A stretch of 64,000 nucleotides of DNA, taken from the IMG/VR virus record IMGVR_UViG_3300044653_000122; one strand, 5' to 3'. The notes under the pieces were generated by a model that made no database searches, had not been told where the DNA came from, and worked only from the letters and a program-made list of their open reading frames with translations. The stretch's first letter is position 1; the number at the start of each line of letters is the position of its first letter. This DNA comes from an uncultured virus (IMG/VR IMGVR_UViG_3300044653_000122). Its lineage: Duplodnaviria > Heunggongvirae > Uroviricota > Caudoviricetes. Positions 55,718 to 63,484 of this stretch are shown piece after piece. A program made the position numbers and the translations under genes.

Positions 55718-56209
55718 ATGAAGACCAACACCGCTCGCAAGATCGACAACGACCGCGATTCCGGCTCCTTCACCGTTCCGGCACACGCCACGCACAAGAC
55801 CCCCAAGTCCGTCACCACTCGTGAGCTTGGTGTCGTCGATCAGGTTCGCGCGGCTTTCGCCCCCAAGGCCCGCCTCGCGACCTTCCTGGGTTGCCTGCTG
55901 GGCGGCTTCGTTCCGGTCGCGACCTTCGTCGTCGCTCACTACGAGGTCGACACCGCCCGCCTCGGGAGCAGCCACAGCGTGCTCTCGATCGTGCTCGTGC
56001 TCGGCGGCCTCCTCTTCTCTGCGAAGACGGTGTATGGTTGGGGCAAGCTCGCGTTCCAGGCGCCGGCCAAGGCCTTCGGGTTCGTCATCCTCACCGAGGG
56101 CGTGATGACCCTCGCCCAGACCTCGTGGCTCTCGGTCGCGGCGCTCATCTACCTCGTCGCCATCAACGGCATCGCTACCGGGTGCACCCTTTCCCTCAAG
56201 CGAAGTTGA
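55718..56209 (+). CDS. 4-TM membrane protein
   Basis: Four hydrophobic segments; GGLLFSAKTVY.W, KA.GFVIL.EG. Confidence 0.8.
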   Translation: MKTNTARKIDNDRDSGSFTVPAHATHKTPKSVTTRELGVVDQVRAAFAPKARLATFLGCLLGGFVPVATFVVAHYEVDTARLGSSHSVLSIVLVLGGLLFSAKTVYGWGKLAFQAPAKAFGFVILTEGVMTLAQTSWLSVAALIYLVAINGIATGCTLSLKRS

Positions 56210-56214
56210 CCCAG

Positions 56215-56245
56215 GAAGGGCCCTCTCAGGGCCCTTCTTTCTTTT
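56215..56245 (+). terminator. Rho-independent terminator whose U tract runs into the next class-1 motif
   Basis: GAAGGGCCCT-CTC-AGGGCCCTTC then TTTCTTTT(GATC). Confidence 0.9.
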
Positions 56246-56269
56246 GATCGAGACCGTCCCGAGTTGTAG
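56244..56269 (+). promoter_or_regulatory. Class-1 motif
   Basis: TTGATC-N15-TGTAG-N7-ATG. Confidence 0.85.
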
Positions 56270-56276
56270 GAAAGAC

Positions 56277-56555
56277 ATGTTCAGGAAGCCCGCTAGCAAG
56301 CCCGTCCCCGTCGCCCCCCAGACCGTGGTCGCTCTCAACGACTTCATGAAGGGCACGCCATACTTCTTCAGCACGACGAGCAAGGGGAACCTCCAGTTCT
56401 TCCGTCGCTACGACTACCCGTTGACGGCGGGCCACACCTGCCCCCGCAGTGAGGTCGAGAACTACATGTACTTCGTCATGAAGATGCCGCTCGACCGCGC
56501 CATCGACCATACCTTCATCGCCATCGCCCGTAGCGAAGTGATGGCTCAGGCGTGA
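56277..56555 (+). CDS. Small hypothetical protein
   Basis: ATG 7 nt after the motif. Confidence 0.7.
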   Translation: MFRKPASKPVPVAPQTVVALNDFMKGTPYFFSTTSKGNLQFFRRYDYPLTAGHTCPRSEVENYMYFVMKMPLDRAIDHTFIAIARSEVMAQA

Positions 56556-56596
56556 ATTAGGGGACCCGGGCCCCCTGACTTACTGTCCCATGTCGT

Positions 56597-56622
56597 TTGA
56601 TCGTAAGAGTCTCCGACTGTAG
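56597..56622 (+). promoter_or_regulatory. Class-1 motif
   Basis: TTGATC-N15-TGTAG; ATG 10 nt downstream. Confidence 0.8.
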
Positions 56623-56632
56623 GAGAAGCACC

Positions 56633-57286
56633 ATGAGCCCCAAATATCCCAGAACGCCGCATCTTCCGTGGAGCCCCGGGGGCACGAGCGACGACCGCCG
56701 ACTTGCGAGCGTCGACCCTCTCCTCGAAGACCGTCTCATCATCACCGAGAAGATGGACGGTTCCAATGTGTGCCTCGAAGCCGATGCCTGCTTTGCCCGG
56801 AGCCACGCGAGCACTCCGAAGCACCCGAGCTTCGACGCCTTCAAGAGCTTTCACGCGAGCGTCCGTCACCTCCTCCCAGAGGGCCTCCAAGTCTTCGGGG
56901 AATGGCTCTACGCGAAGCACAGCATTGGCTACTCGGCCCTCCCCCACTACTTCTTGGCCTTTGGGGTCCGCGACCTCAAGACCATGACTTGGGGCTCTTG
57001 GGAAGAGGTCGAGCTATGGGCCGAGGAGATCGGCGTCCCCACCGTTCCCGTCCTCGGCCGCTGCAAGCCCGCAAACGAGATCGCTCTCAAAGTCTTCACG
57101 AACCGTCTCGCGTCTTCGCGGAACAGGTCGGGGGACCAACGCGAAGGCATCGTCGTCCGCAAGATGGCAGGGTTTTCCGACAACGCCTTCGACACGTCCG
57201 TTGCGAAATGGGTTCGAAAGAATCACGTCCAGAGCGACGACCACTGGAAGAACCAAGCCATCGTCAGGAACGTCCTCGTCTCCTGA
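56633..57286 (+). CDS. ATP-dependent RNA ligase family protein
   Basis: KYPRTPHLPWS, motif I EKMDGSN, FGEW, FLAFGV, VP.L, REGIVVR, AKWV. Confidence 0.85.
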   Translation: MSPKYPRTPHLPWSPGGTSDDRRLASVDPLLEDRLIITEKMDGSNVCLEADACFARSHASTPKHPSFDAFKSFHASVRHLLPEGLQVFGEWLYAKHSIGYSALPHYFLAFGVRDLKTMTWGSWEEVELWAEEIGVPTVPVLGRCKPANEIALKVFTNRLASSRNRSGDQREGIVVRKMAGFSDNAFDTSVAKWVRKNHVQSDDHWKNQAIVRNVLVS

Positions 57287-57460
57287 TCTCACGAACGGGC
57301 CGTAAGGCCCGACCGCAAATCGTACCCCGAGTCCAACGGCTGAGACACACACCGTGCGCCACAGCCGTTGCGGTGTAACTGGGCGGCCCGGAGCGAGGCG
57401 AACACCCTCGGGCCTACTACTTTCTTACCTGATTCTGGACGGGAACCTGAAGTCGGTGTA

Positions 57461-57632
57461 CAGTCCTCCAACCAAGGCGGACTTCCTCCCGCCTGACCCT
57501 CCAGCTCTCCCCCCGCGAGAGCTGTAACGCAGGGTGAAGGGGCTTCGGTCTCGGGAAGGTTCGTACCTGTTTCAGCGCTCGGCCAGGAGTGCGGGGGTCC
57601 TCGGTCCGGGTGCCTCGAAACAGGTGACGAAC
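57461..57632 (+). ncRNA. Candidate structured 5' leader RNA
   Basis: Six stems, including a C(UUCG)G hairpin and the 9-bp ACCTGTTTC/GAAACAGGT next to the start codon; follows GGTGTAC. Confidence 0.5.
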
Positions 57633-58814
57633 ATGACGCAGAAAAACGCCGTCAAGACGCGTGCGCGTACACGCCAAAAGAAGACTGGCCAGAAGTATCA
57701 GAGCGCCCTTCGCGCTGAGATCCCGACTACCTCGGGACACGTCGTTCGGCTGTTTCTTCGTTGGGTTAGAGAGCATGGCGTGGACGGTGAGGGTGCCCCT
57801 CTCACCCAAAGTCAGGCTGAGATGCTCTCTCAACTCGAAACGCGTTTGAAGGACTACGTCCCTTCTCAGGCAACCGACCCGTTCGATCAAGTTAAAGGAT
57901 CCGTCTCCATTAACGACATCCTGGAGATTTTCTCCATCGATCCAAAAGAGGTTTTGGAGAAGACCAAGGATCTGCGTAAGCAAAAGGGGGTTCCGCGTGA
58001 TGTCCAGATCGCCCGGGCCATGGTCGAACAAGGGGTCCTGAGTGACGCCGACCTCCAGGGTCAGCTCGGAGATGAGCTTCGTGCCGAACGGGCACCCATC
58101 ATCGCAGAGCTGGCGGCCAAGGGATACATCAAACTCTGCGACTTCACATGGGAGGCTCCAGTGACGGGCCCCAACTATCCGTGCGCCGGGATGGAGACTA
58201 TCCCCTGCACCTTGCCCAAGGGACATGTCGGAGGACCCAACGAGAACACGTTGCGCCATGCCTACGAGGGGCCGAAGGGGTCCGCCATCTACGATGTACC
58301 GATCACGTTTGAACCCCAGAGCTTCAAGCTCAAGCGCTTTCACACCCGCAAGGAGGACTGCGGGGCGCCCATCGACAACCTCGATTGCACCCTCAAGCAG
58401 GGCCACAAGGGAGAGCACCTTCATGTCGAGTGGCTCGATGATCAGGAGATCCCCCTTCGCGGCTGGGGTCTCAAACCTGGGGCGGGCTTCGACCACAAAG
58501 TAGCCACCAAAAACCTCGAACTCCCCGAAGAAATTCGTAACAAGCGAGAACTTTACGAACAGTTCTACAGGGACGCGACCATCAAGGACAACATCGATCC
58601 CGAGAAGCTCATGGAGTACTGGAAGACACTGCCAGAAGCCAAAAAATGTGTGGACTCCAAACGACTCCGGCTCGGCGTCACCGATGATCATCTGTTGCAG
58701 CCACTCATCACCTGGACCTCCCTCGCCCGCTCAAAGAGTTGTCCAGGCTTCCACGAATGGTGGGGCGCGCTCCCTGAAGCCACCCCCTACGACCGCAGTA
58801 AGGTATCGTCCTGA
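57633..58814 (+). CDS. Multidomain protein: basic N-terminal KxxxRxRxxxTGxxYxxA helix and two C-C-GHxG-H Zn motifs
   Basis: MTQKNAVKTRARTRQKKTGQKYQSAL; CTLPKGHVG..H and CTLKQGHKGEH. Confidence 0.7.
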   Translation: MTQKNAVKTRARTRQKKTGQKYQSALRAEIPTTSGHVVRLFLRWVREHGVDGEGAPLTQSQAEMLSQLETRLKDYVPSQATDPFDQVKGSVSINDILEIFSIDPKEVLEKTKDLRKQKGVPRDVQIARAMVEQGVLSDADLQGQLGDELRAERAPIIAELAAKGYIKLCDFTWEAPVTGPNYPCAGMETIPCTLPKGHVGGPNENTLRHAYEGPKGSAIYDVPITFEPQSFKLKRFHTRKEDCGAPIDNLDCTLKQGHKGEHLHVEWLDDQEIPLRGWGLKPGAGFDHKVATKNLELPEEIRNKRELYEQFYRDATIKDNIDPEKLMEYWKTLPEAKKCVDSKRLRLGVTDDHLLQPLITWTSLARSKSCPGFHEWWGALPEATPYDRSKVSS

Positions 58815-58833
58815 CCAGGATTTACCGGATGGC

Positions 58834-58859
58834 TTGATCGACGGAGCCCTCGCTTGTAG
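58834..58859 (+). promoter_or_regulatory. Class-1 motif
   Basis: TTGATC-N15-TGTAG-N7-ATG. Confidence 0.85.
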
Positions 58860-58866
58860 GGGAGGC

Positions 58867-59040
58867 ATGTGCAAGACCTCTAACCGCCGCGTCTACACGA
58901 TCGACTCCAGCGTCTATGACAGCGACACAACCGAGTTCCTCGGGTTCGCCAGCGAAGACCTCGAAGAGGTCACCCTGACCGCCAGCCATGAGGGTCACGT
59001 CCGAGCCGATTTCGTGAACGGCCTCTGGGTCCCGGCGTAG
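58867..59040 (+). CDS. Small acidic protein (57 aa)
   Basis: ATG 7 nt after the motif. Confidence 0.65.
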   Translation: MCKTSNRRVYTIDSSVYDSDTTEFLGFASEDLEEVTLTASHEGHVRADFVNGLWVPA

Positions 59041-59076
59041 TTGTTGTTGATCCGAGCCGGTGTAAAGTAGGTGTCC

Positions 59077-59472
59077 ATGGTGAAGATCGGGTTCGATATC
59101 GGAGGGGTCCTTTCAAAGTATCCCGAGATCCTACGGCCAGTGATCAAAGCCCTGCTCACGAGTGCGGAGGTCGAGGTCCACATCCTCACTGACATGCCGA
59201 TGGCGATGGCTCTCTCCGCCCTCAAAGACAACGATATCCCCGTCCCCGAGAAGCATGTGCACGCATGCAGCTACGAAAAGCACGGCGAATCCTGCAAAGC
59301 CGTCAAAGCAGCCGATATCGGACTCGACATGCTGATGGACGACCACCCAGGGTACGTTGCGTCGTTGGGGGCCCCTAAGCTCCGACTTCTCGCGATGCCC
59401 GATCCCGGGCTCGACTACTACGCCCCCACCTGGAAAGGGGACAACCCCTTCGTCAGGTCAGCCCAGGACTGA
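59077..59472 (+). CDS. HAD-like hydrolase
   Basis: IGFDIGGVLS, HILT, K, MDD. Confidence 0.6.
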   Translation: MVKIGFDIGGVLSKYPEILRPVIKALLTSAEVEVHILTDMPMAMALSALKDNDIPVPEKHVHACSYEKHGESCKAVKAADIGLDMLMDDHPGYVASLGAPKLRLLAMPDPGLDYYAPTWKGDNPFVRSAQD

Positions 59473-59482
59473 CATCCCAGCC

Positions 59483-59511
59483 TGGACATACTAACCCAAG
59501 CGGGTTATCGT
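59483..59511 (+). promoter_or_regulatory. Sigma70-like promoter
   Basis: TGGACA-N17-TATCGT; the ATG 7 nt later opens an 11 aa mini-ORF. Confidence 0.5.
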
Positions 59512-59574
59512 GAGGATCATGCAGAGCCAAGTGAAAAAGGAGGACGCGCTTTGAGGTCTTAGGAGGCCTCGAAG

Positions 59575-59790
59575 ATGATCACGTCCCTCCCGTCCGTACA
59601 ACACAGCATCAAACGCGCCTACCGCCACATCCACAAGGATCCCGACACAGCCCGCTGGCACAAGACTCTCGCCAACCGCCGCTTCCGTCGGGCCCTCAAC
59701 GCCCTCACCCGCCGCTTCGTGCTCGAACCCGAGCGCTTCGACAACGAGACTTTTCACGCTCCCAGCCTATCCGCCTGGGACATCGACTAG
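59575..59790 (+). CDS. Small basic protein
   Basis: AGGAGG SD; KTLANRRFRR...WDID. Confidence 0.7.
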   Translation: MITSLPSVQHSIKRAYRHIHKDPDTARWHKTLANRRFRRALNALTRRFVLEPERFDNETFHAPSLSAWDID

Positions 59791-59798
59791 AGGCAACT

Positions 59799-59827
59799 TT
59801 GCCTTTCTGGCCGAGCACCATTATGCT
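59799..59827 (+). promoter_or_regulatory. Sigma70-like promoter (leaderless)
   Basis: TTGCCT-N17-TATGCT-N7-ATG. Confidence 0.65.
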
Positions 59828-59834
59828 CGGCCCC

Positions 59835-60080
59835 ATGAAGTCTCGAATCAAAGCCGCCCTCGTCATCCTATCCGTCCTCTTCGTGTGGTTCGCCAGTCGT
59901 TTTGAGGGGATCCCCGAGGAGCCCGTTGGCCTCGGAGCTGGGGACAATGGGAGCGCGGCCACAGGCCTGTCGTGCCCAATCCCCGAAGATGTCCCATGCG
60001 AGGCCGGCGTAGAGGACGGGACCGGGGGAAGCTGGTCTGGGGGCTACGGTGTAGTACCGTCCGAGGGCGATGACGACTGA
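59835..60080 (+). CDS. Small secreted/membrane protein
   Basis: Signal-like N-terminus and acidic tail. Confidence 0.55.
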   Translation: MKSRIKAALVILSVLFVWFASRFEGIPEEPVGLGAGDNGSAATGLSCPIPEDVPCEAGVEDGTGGSWSGGYGVVPSEGDDD

Positions 60081-60194
60081 ACGCCTGGAGAACTACGATG
60101 GGTGACCAAATGATCCAAGGCTTCGCCCTCTCCGAAACCATCGGCATCGGGATCCCCAACCCCCGAGCGGTGACCCGAGTAGGCCGCCATTCTT

Positions 60195-60220
60195 TTGATC
60201 GACCAAGCCTCCGGCTGTAA
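60195..60220 (+). promoter_or_regulatory. Class-1 motif
   Basis: TTGATC-N15-TGTAA-N8-GTG. Confidence 0.8.
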
Positions 60221-60228
60221 GAAGTGGC

Positions 60229-60411
60229 GTGAAGAAGACCAAGCAGGGAGTCCGTGACCTGGGCGGGAACGTTCGGCCAACCAAAACGGTCGGGAAGACA
60301 TTGCCCGAACCGCCCAAGCAACACACCGCCAAAGACCACTGCCCGCATCTCGGGTGCACGACGACACCCGACGGGACTGCGATCTGCTCGGTCTGCCTGG
60401 AGGACCTCTAG
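60229..60411 (+). CDS. Small Zn-binding protein
   Basis: CPH...CSVC. Confidence 0.6.
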   Translation: MKKTKQGVRDLGGNVRPTKTVGKTLPEPPKQHTAKDHCPHLGCTTTPDGTAICSVCLEDL

Positions 60412-60413
60412 CC

Positions 60414-60788
60414 GTGGCCCCCAACTTCGAGGTCATTCGTGGGCCGCACAGTTCGGAGACCCGCACACAATGGGCCATCCAGTCGCACGAACTAACCCTC
60501 GATGAGTGCCGGCTCATCAGTGGTGTCGTCTGCAACAAGCTAACGACCTCTGCCGACTACAAGGCGAAGAAAGGGGCTGAGCCGTTTCTTCAGGGGTACC
60601 AAGAGCCGTTCTACAACGAGAAAGACGGCTGGATTCTCGTCGAGTTCTGGTCCGACAACCGAGAAGCCATCGACCGATTCGTCGCTCATCTCAACAAGGT
60701 GCTGGCAGAAGAGGAGAACAGACGCACCCAGCCGCAACCGAAGTCGGAGGCGTACCGACCGCCTCCCAGGAGACCCACGAAGACTTGA
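60414..60788 (+). CDS. Hypothetical protein
   Basis: EPFLQGY...WILVEFWS. Confidence 0.65.
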   Translation: MAPNFEVIRGPHSSETRTQWAIQSHELTLDECRLISGVVCNKLTTSADYKAKKGAEPFLQGYQEPFYNEKDGWILVEFWSDNREAIDRFVAHLNKVLAEEENRRTQPQPKSEAYRPPPRRPTKT

Positions 60789-60885
60789 GGAGGGGTCATC
60801 GGGCAAACGTCCCGAGCACACAGTGCAGAGAGCCGACCGCCTGATCACCGGCGCCCAATGACCCCTCCTCAGGTCTTCGATTCTT

Positions 60886-60911
60886 TTGATCGATCCTCGT
60901 GCCGGTTGTAG
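60886..60911 (+). promoter_or_regulatory. Class-1 motif
   Basis: TTGATC-N15-TGTAG-N7-ATG. Confidence 0.85.
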
Positions 60912-60918
60912 GAGAGAC

Positions 60919-61167
60919 ATGAACACGGACCTCCAGAGCATCCAGGCGACGATCGAGAAGTACATCCCCATGGGCAGCCTCAAGTCAGGCGATGTGGAAG
61001 ACATCGACGCCCGATCGTTCGCGCCCCTGACTCCTAACCAGGTGGGCGTTCTCCTCTGCGGGTCCGGCCTTGCCAAGGCGATGGGCTTCAAGAGCATCAG
61101 CCTCCAACACGTCAACGGTCCCCGAGGCGGAAGGAAGACCGTCCCGGTCATCCGAGTGCGAGGGTAG
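60919..61167 (+). CDS. Small hypothetical protein
   Basis: ATG 7 nt after the motif. Confidence 0.7.
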   Translation: MNTDLQSIQATIEKYIPMGSLKSGDVEDIDARSFAPLTPNQVGVLLCGSGLAKAMGFKSISLQHVNGPRGGRKTVPVIRVRG

Positions 61168-61170
61168 GTC

Positions 61171-61497
61171 ATGGACATCTGCATCATCTCTGCCCCCCTC
61201 GATGTCCCCGGGACCGAACCCTGCGTCATCCTCGACTTCGATGCCCTCGGTCCCGACATGGCGAAGTCTTGGATCCGCAGAAACGGCCCTGCCCTCCAGG
61301 CCGCCGGGCGCCCCCTCATCGTCGCCGTCGGAGACCAAGTCCCACCCGACCTCTGGATCGATGGGGTCAACTACGTCACCACGTACATGGCGCGTCCACA
61401 GGACGGCCTCTCTAAGAAGTTCTGGGACTACGACGCCAACTACGCCCTGCGGCAACACGCCCGGGACGAGGAACGCGAGCGCCGCCGGTATCCGTAG
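61171..61497 (+). CDS. Hypothetical protein
   Basis: Operon-coupled, strong GC3 bias. Confidence 0.7.
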   Translation: MDICIISAPLDVPGTEPCVILDFDALGPDMAKSWIRRNGPALQAAGRPLIVAVGDQVPPDLWIDGVNYVTTYMARPQDGLSKKFWDYDANYALRQHARDEERERRRYP

Positions 61498-61514
61498 GGG
61501 TGCTCGATTTCTTT

Positions 61515-61540
61515 TTGATCGAGCCTCGGGTGGGCTGTAG
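61515..61540 (+). promoter_or_regulatory. Class-1 motif
   Basis: TTGATC-N15-TGTAG-N7-ATG. Confidence 0.85.
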
Positions 61541-61547
61541 AGGGGAC

Positions 61548-61844
61548 ATGCGCACCGAGAAGACCTGGACCTGCAAGGTGGCCTGCTCCGATGGACGCTG
61601 CCCCGACGGCTGCTGCGGCTGCGTTTCCGTCAGCGTGACCAGCCCCAAGACCGGCCGCGTCGTCCGCCTCGACCTCAACGCCATCCCCACCGAGGCACGC
61701 TCTCGCATCGTCGAGGCCGTCATCGCTCTCCCAGGCCACCGCACCCTGGAGTGCCGAAAAAACCTTTCCGGAACCGTCTCCGTCAACCTCTCCAAGAGCG
61801 ACCTCGAAGCCATCCTCCGCAACGAAGGCGCCTGCTACACGTGA
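61548..61844 (+). CDS. Cys-rich small protein
   Basis: CSDGRCPDGCCGC. Confidence 0.7.
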   Translation: MRTEKTWTCKVACSDGRCPDGCCGCVSVSVTSPKTGRVVRLDLNAIPTEARSRIVEAVIALPGHRTLECRKNLSGTVSVNLSKSDLEAILRNEGACYT

Positions 61845-62173
61845 CCTGCACCGAGCTGGCCCACCGGGTCTACCCCCACGCGGACGAGGCCGTACTCAGG
61901 AGCTTCGTCCGCGCCCTCACAAAAGTCCGGGAGACCCTTTGGTGGGAATTCTGTCAACCACCGGCCAGCCTGGTCAAACCATGGATCGAAGCATCTCGAC
62001 AAGGATTCCCAATGCGACACCATCCGAAGCGAAAGCACCCGGCCAAAGAGAAACGCCACGAGGAGGCCGTTTACGAAGCCGAACGCAAGGCCTTGGAAGG
62101 CCTCGACTTCACGAAACCCTCCAAGCCCGTTCCCTCCAAGTTCAAGCGTCTCCCGGGGCGCCCCAAGAAGTGA
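61841..62173 (+). CDS. Hypothetical basic protein
   Basis: GTGA overlap; an alternative start is ATG 62012. Confidence 0.5.
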   Translation: MTCTELAHRVYPHADEAVLRSFVRALTKVRETLWWEFCQPPASLVKPWIEASRQGFPMRHHPKRKHPAKEKRHEEAVYEAERKALEGLDFTKPSKPVPSKFKRLPGRPKK

Positions 62174-62181
62174 GTAACTAG

Positions 62182-62712
62182 ATGAAGTTCTCCTACCGCA
62201 AGCAAGGCCCTTCCGGCCGAGGGAAAGGCCGTATCCGCTACCTCGTCGACGCCGAAGAGAACGGAAGCATCCGCTTCTACATCGGTACCCTCGAAGGCTT
62301 CGGCGACTCCTGGACCCATGACACCGGCGACAAGAACGCCCGGATCTTCAAGTCCCGAAAGGAAGCCGCCGACGACCTCGCCTGGCTCTATGACAACAAG
62401 GGCCGGGGCTGGATCTTCGTCCTCGCCATCGTCAAGGGGCTCATCGAGCACGAGGACGCGGCGAGCTACTTCGGATCGACCATGGGCCTCGCCGCCCACA
62501 CGGACGAAGCGATCCGAAAGGGACTCCTTCTCGATGAGACCCCGGAGGGGAAGCACCGGCTCTCCTCCTACCTCAAGGTCACCAACCTCGGACGCAAGCT
62601 CTACACGGAGTTGGGGCTCGACAAACTCCCGCAAAAGAAGCTCTCCCGCGCGTACATGTGGGACTGGAACCAGACCCTCGGGATCACCTGGATCAGCAAA
62701 CTCCCCACCTGA
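62182..62712 (+). CDS. Hypothetical protein with a possible winged-helix C-terminus
   Basis: KGLL...LKVTNLGR. Confidence 0.7.
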   Translation: MKFSYRKQGPSGRGKGRIRYLVDAEENGSIRFYIGTLEGFGDSWTHDTGDKNARIFKSRKEAADDLAWLYDNKGRGWIFVLAIVKGLIEHEDAASYFGSTMGLAAHTDEAIRKGLLLDETPEGKHRLSSYLKVTNLGRKLYTELGLDKLPQKKLSRAYMWDWNQTLGITWISKLPT

Positions 62713-62722
62713 GAGATCGAAG

Positions 62723-62920
62723 ATGCCCTACGTCCCTCCGTTCTACCAAGACGTCACCTTCACCTACGAAGACGGTCGACCCTTCGTCCGCCCCATCCGG
62801 GCTGACTTCAAGACCGAGACCGACTGGCTCGCGGCCATTCACAAGTTCAACACGGAGGTCACGAACGAAGCCAACCGGGCCTTCGCTGACCAGTTCCGCA
62901 AATCTCTGCGCTCCGCTTGA
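62723..62920 (+). CDS. Small hypothetical protein
   Basis: Stop lies inside the class-1 motif. Confidence 0.65.
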   Translation: MPYVPPFYQDVTFTYEDGRPFVRPIRADFKTETDWLAAIHKFNTEVTNEANRAFADQFRKSLRSA

Positions 62921-62942
62921 TCCAACCCAAGGTCGATCGTAG
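62917..62942 (+). promoter_or_regulatory. Class-1 motif
   Basis: TTGATC-N15-CGTAG-N8-ATG. Confidence 0.75.
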
Positions 62943-62950
62943 GCGGACAC

Positions 62951-63484
62951 ATGAACATCACCTTCCACTCCCTCCAGGCCCTCGACATCACCTACGACGA
63001 CGTACACAGCGCTGTCGACTGGGTCCAGAGGTCCGTCACCGTCTACGGCAAAACCCACCCGCAGCCCCGCCTCACCAAGTGGTACGGCGAGGTCCCCTAC
63101 CTCTACTCGGGCCTGACCTGGGAACCGGCTGCAATGCCCCAGGTCATTCAGACTATCCGGACTATCGTCGAGGTTCTCACCCGAACCAACTTCAACTCCG
63201 TCCTCTGCAACCTCTACCGGGACGGATCCGATTGCGTCGGCTGGCACGCCGATGACGAACCCATCTTCGGCGGAGACCCCGTCGTCGCCTCTGTCAGCTT
63301 CGGCGCCACCCGCACCTTCAAGCTCCGCCACAACACGACCAAAGAGGTCCAGAGCTTCGAGCTGACCGACAAGTCCCTGTTCGTCATGGGCAAGGGCATC
63401 CAGACCGACTGGAAGCACACGATTCCCAAGACCACCCGCCCCGTCGGCCCCCGCATCAACCTCACTTTCCGCCAGACCGTTTGA
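62951..63484 (+). CDS. alkB: AlkB-family 2OG-Fe(II) dioxygenase (ALKBH2/3-like)
   Basis: QPRLT.WYG, YSG, FNSVLCNLYRDG.D.VGWHADDE, ASVSFGA.R.F, WKHTIPK, RINLTFR. Confidence 0.92.
   Translation: MNITFHSLQALDITYDDVHSAVDWVQRSVTVYGKTHPQPRLTKWYGEVPYLYSGLTWEPAAMPQVIQTIRTIVEVLTRTNFNSVLCNLYRDGSDCVGWHADDEPIFGGDPVVASVSFGATRTFKLRHNTTKEVQSFELTDKSLFVMGKGIQTDWKHTIPKTTRPVGPRINLTFRQTV

Larger units (their letters stand above)
8003..59064. promoter_or_regulatory. Class-2 motif family GGTGTA(G/T/A/C), dispersed copies upstream of genes
   Basis: + copies start at 8602, 9303, 23145, 27163, 28923, 29295, 31885, 39162, 40245, 43039, 47325, 48514, 49344, 51390, 57455, 59059. - copies (TACACC) start at 8003, 8569, 12179, 13456, 17039, 37748, 38265, 39137, 42113, 43012, 51365, 52701, 54093, 55670. 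The start codon is most often 8-9 nt after TGTAN. Confidence 0.75.
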
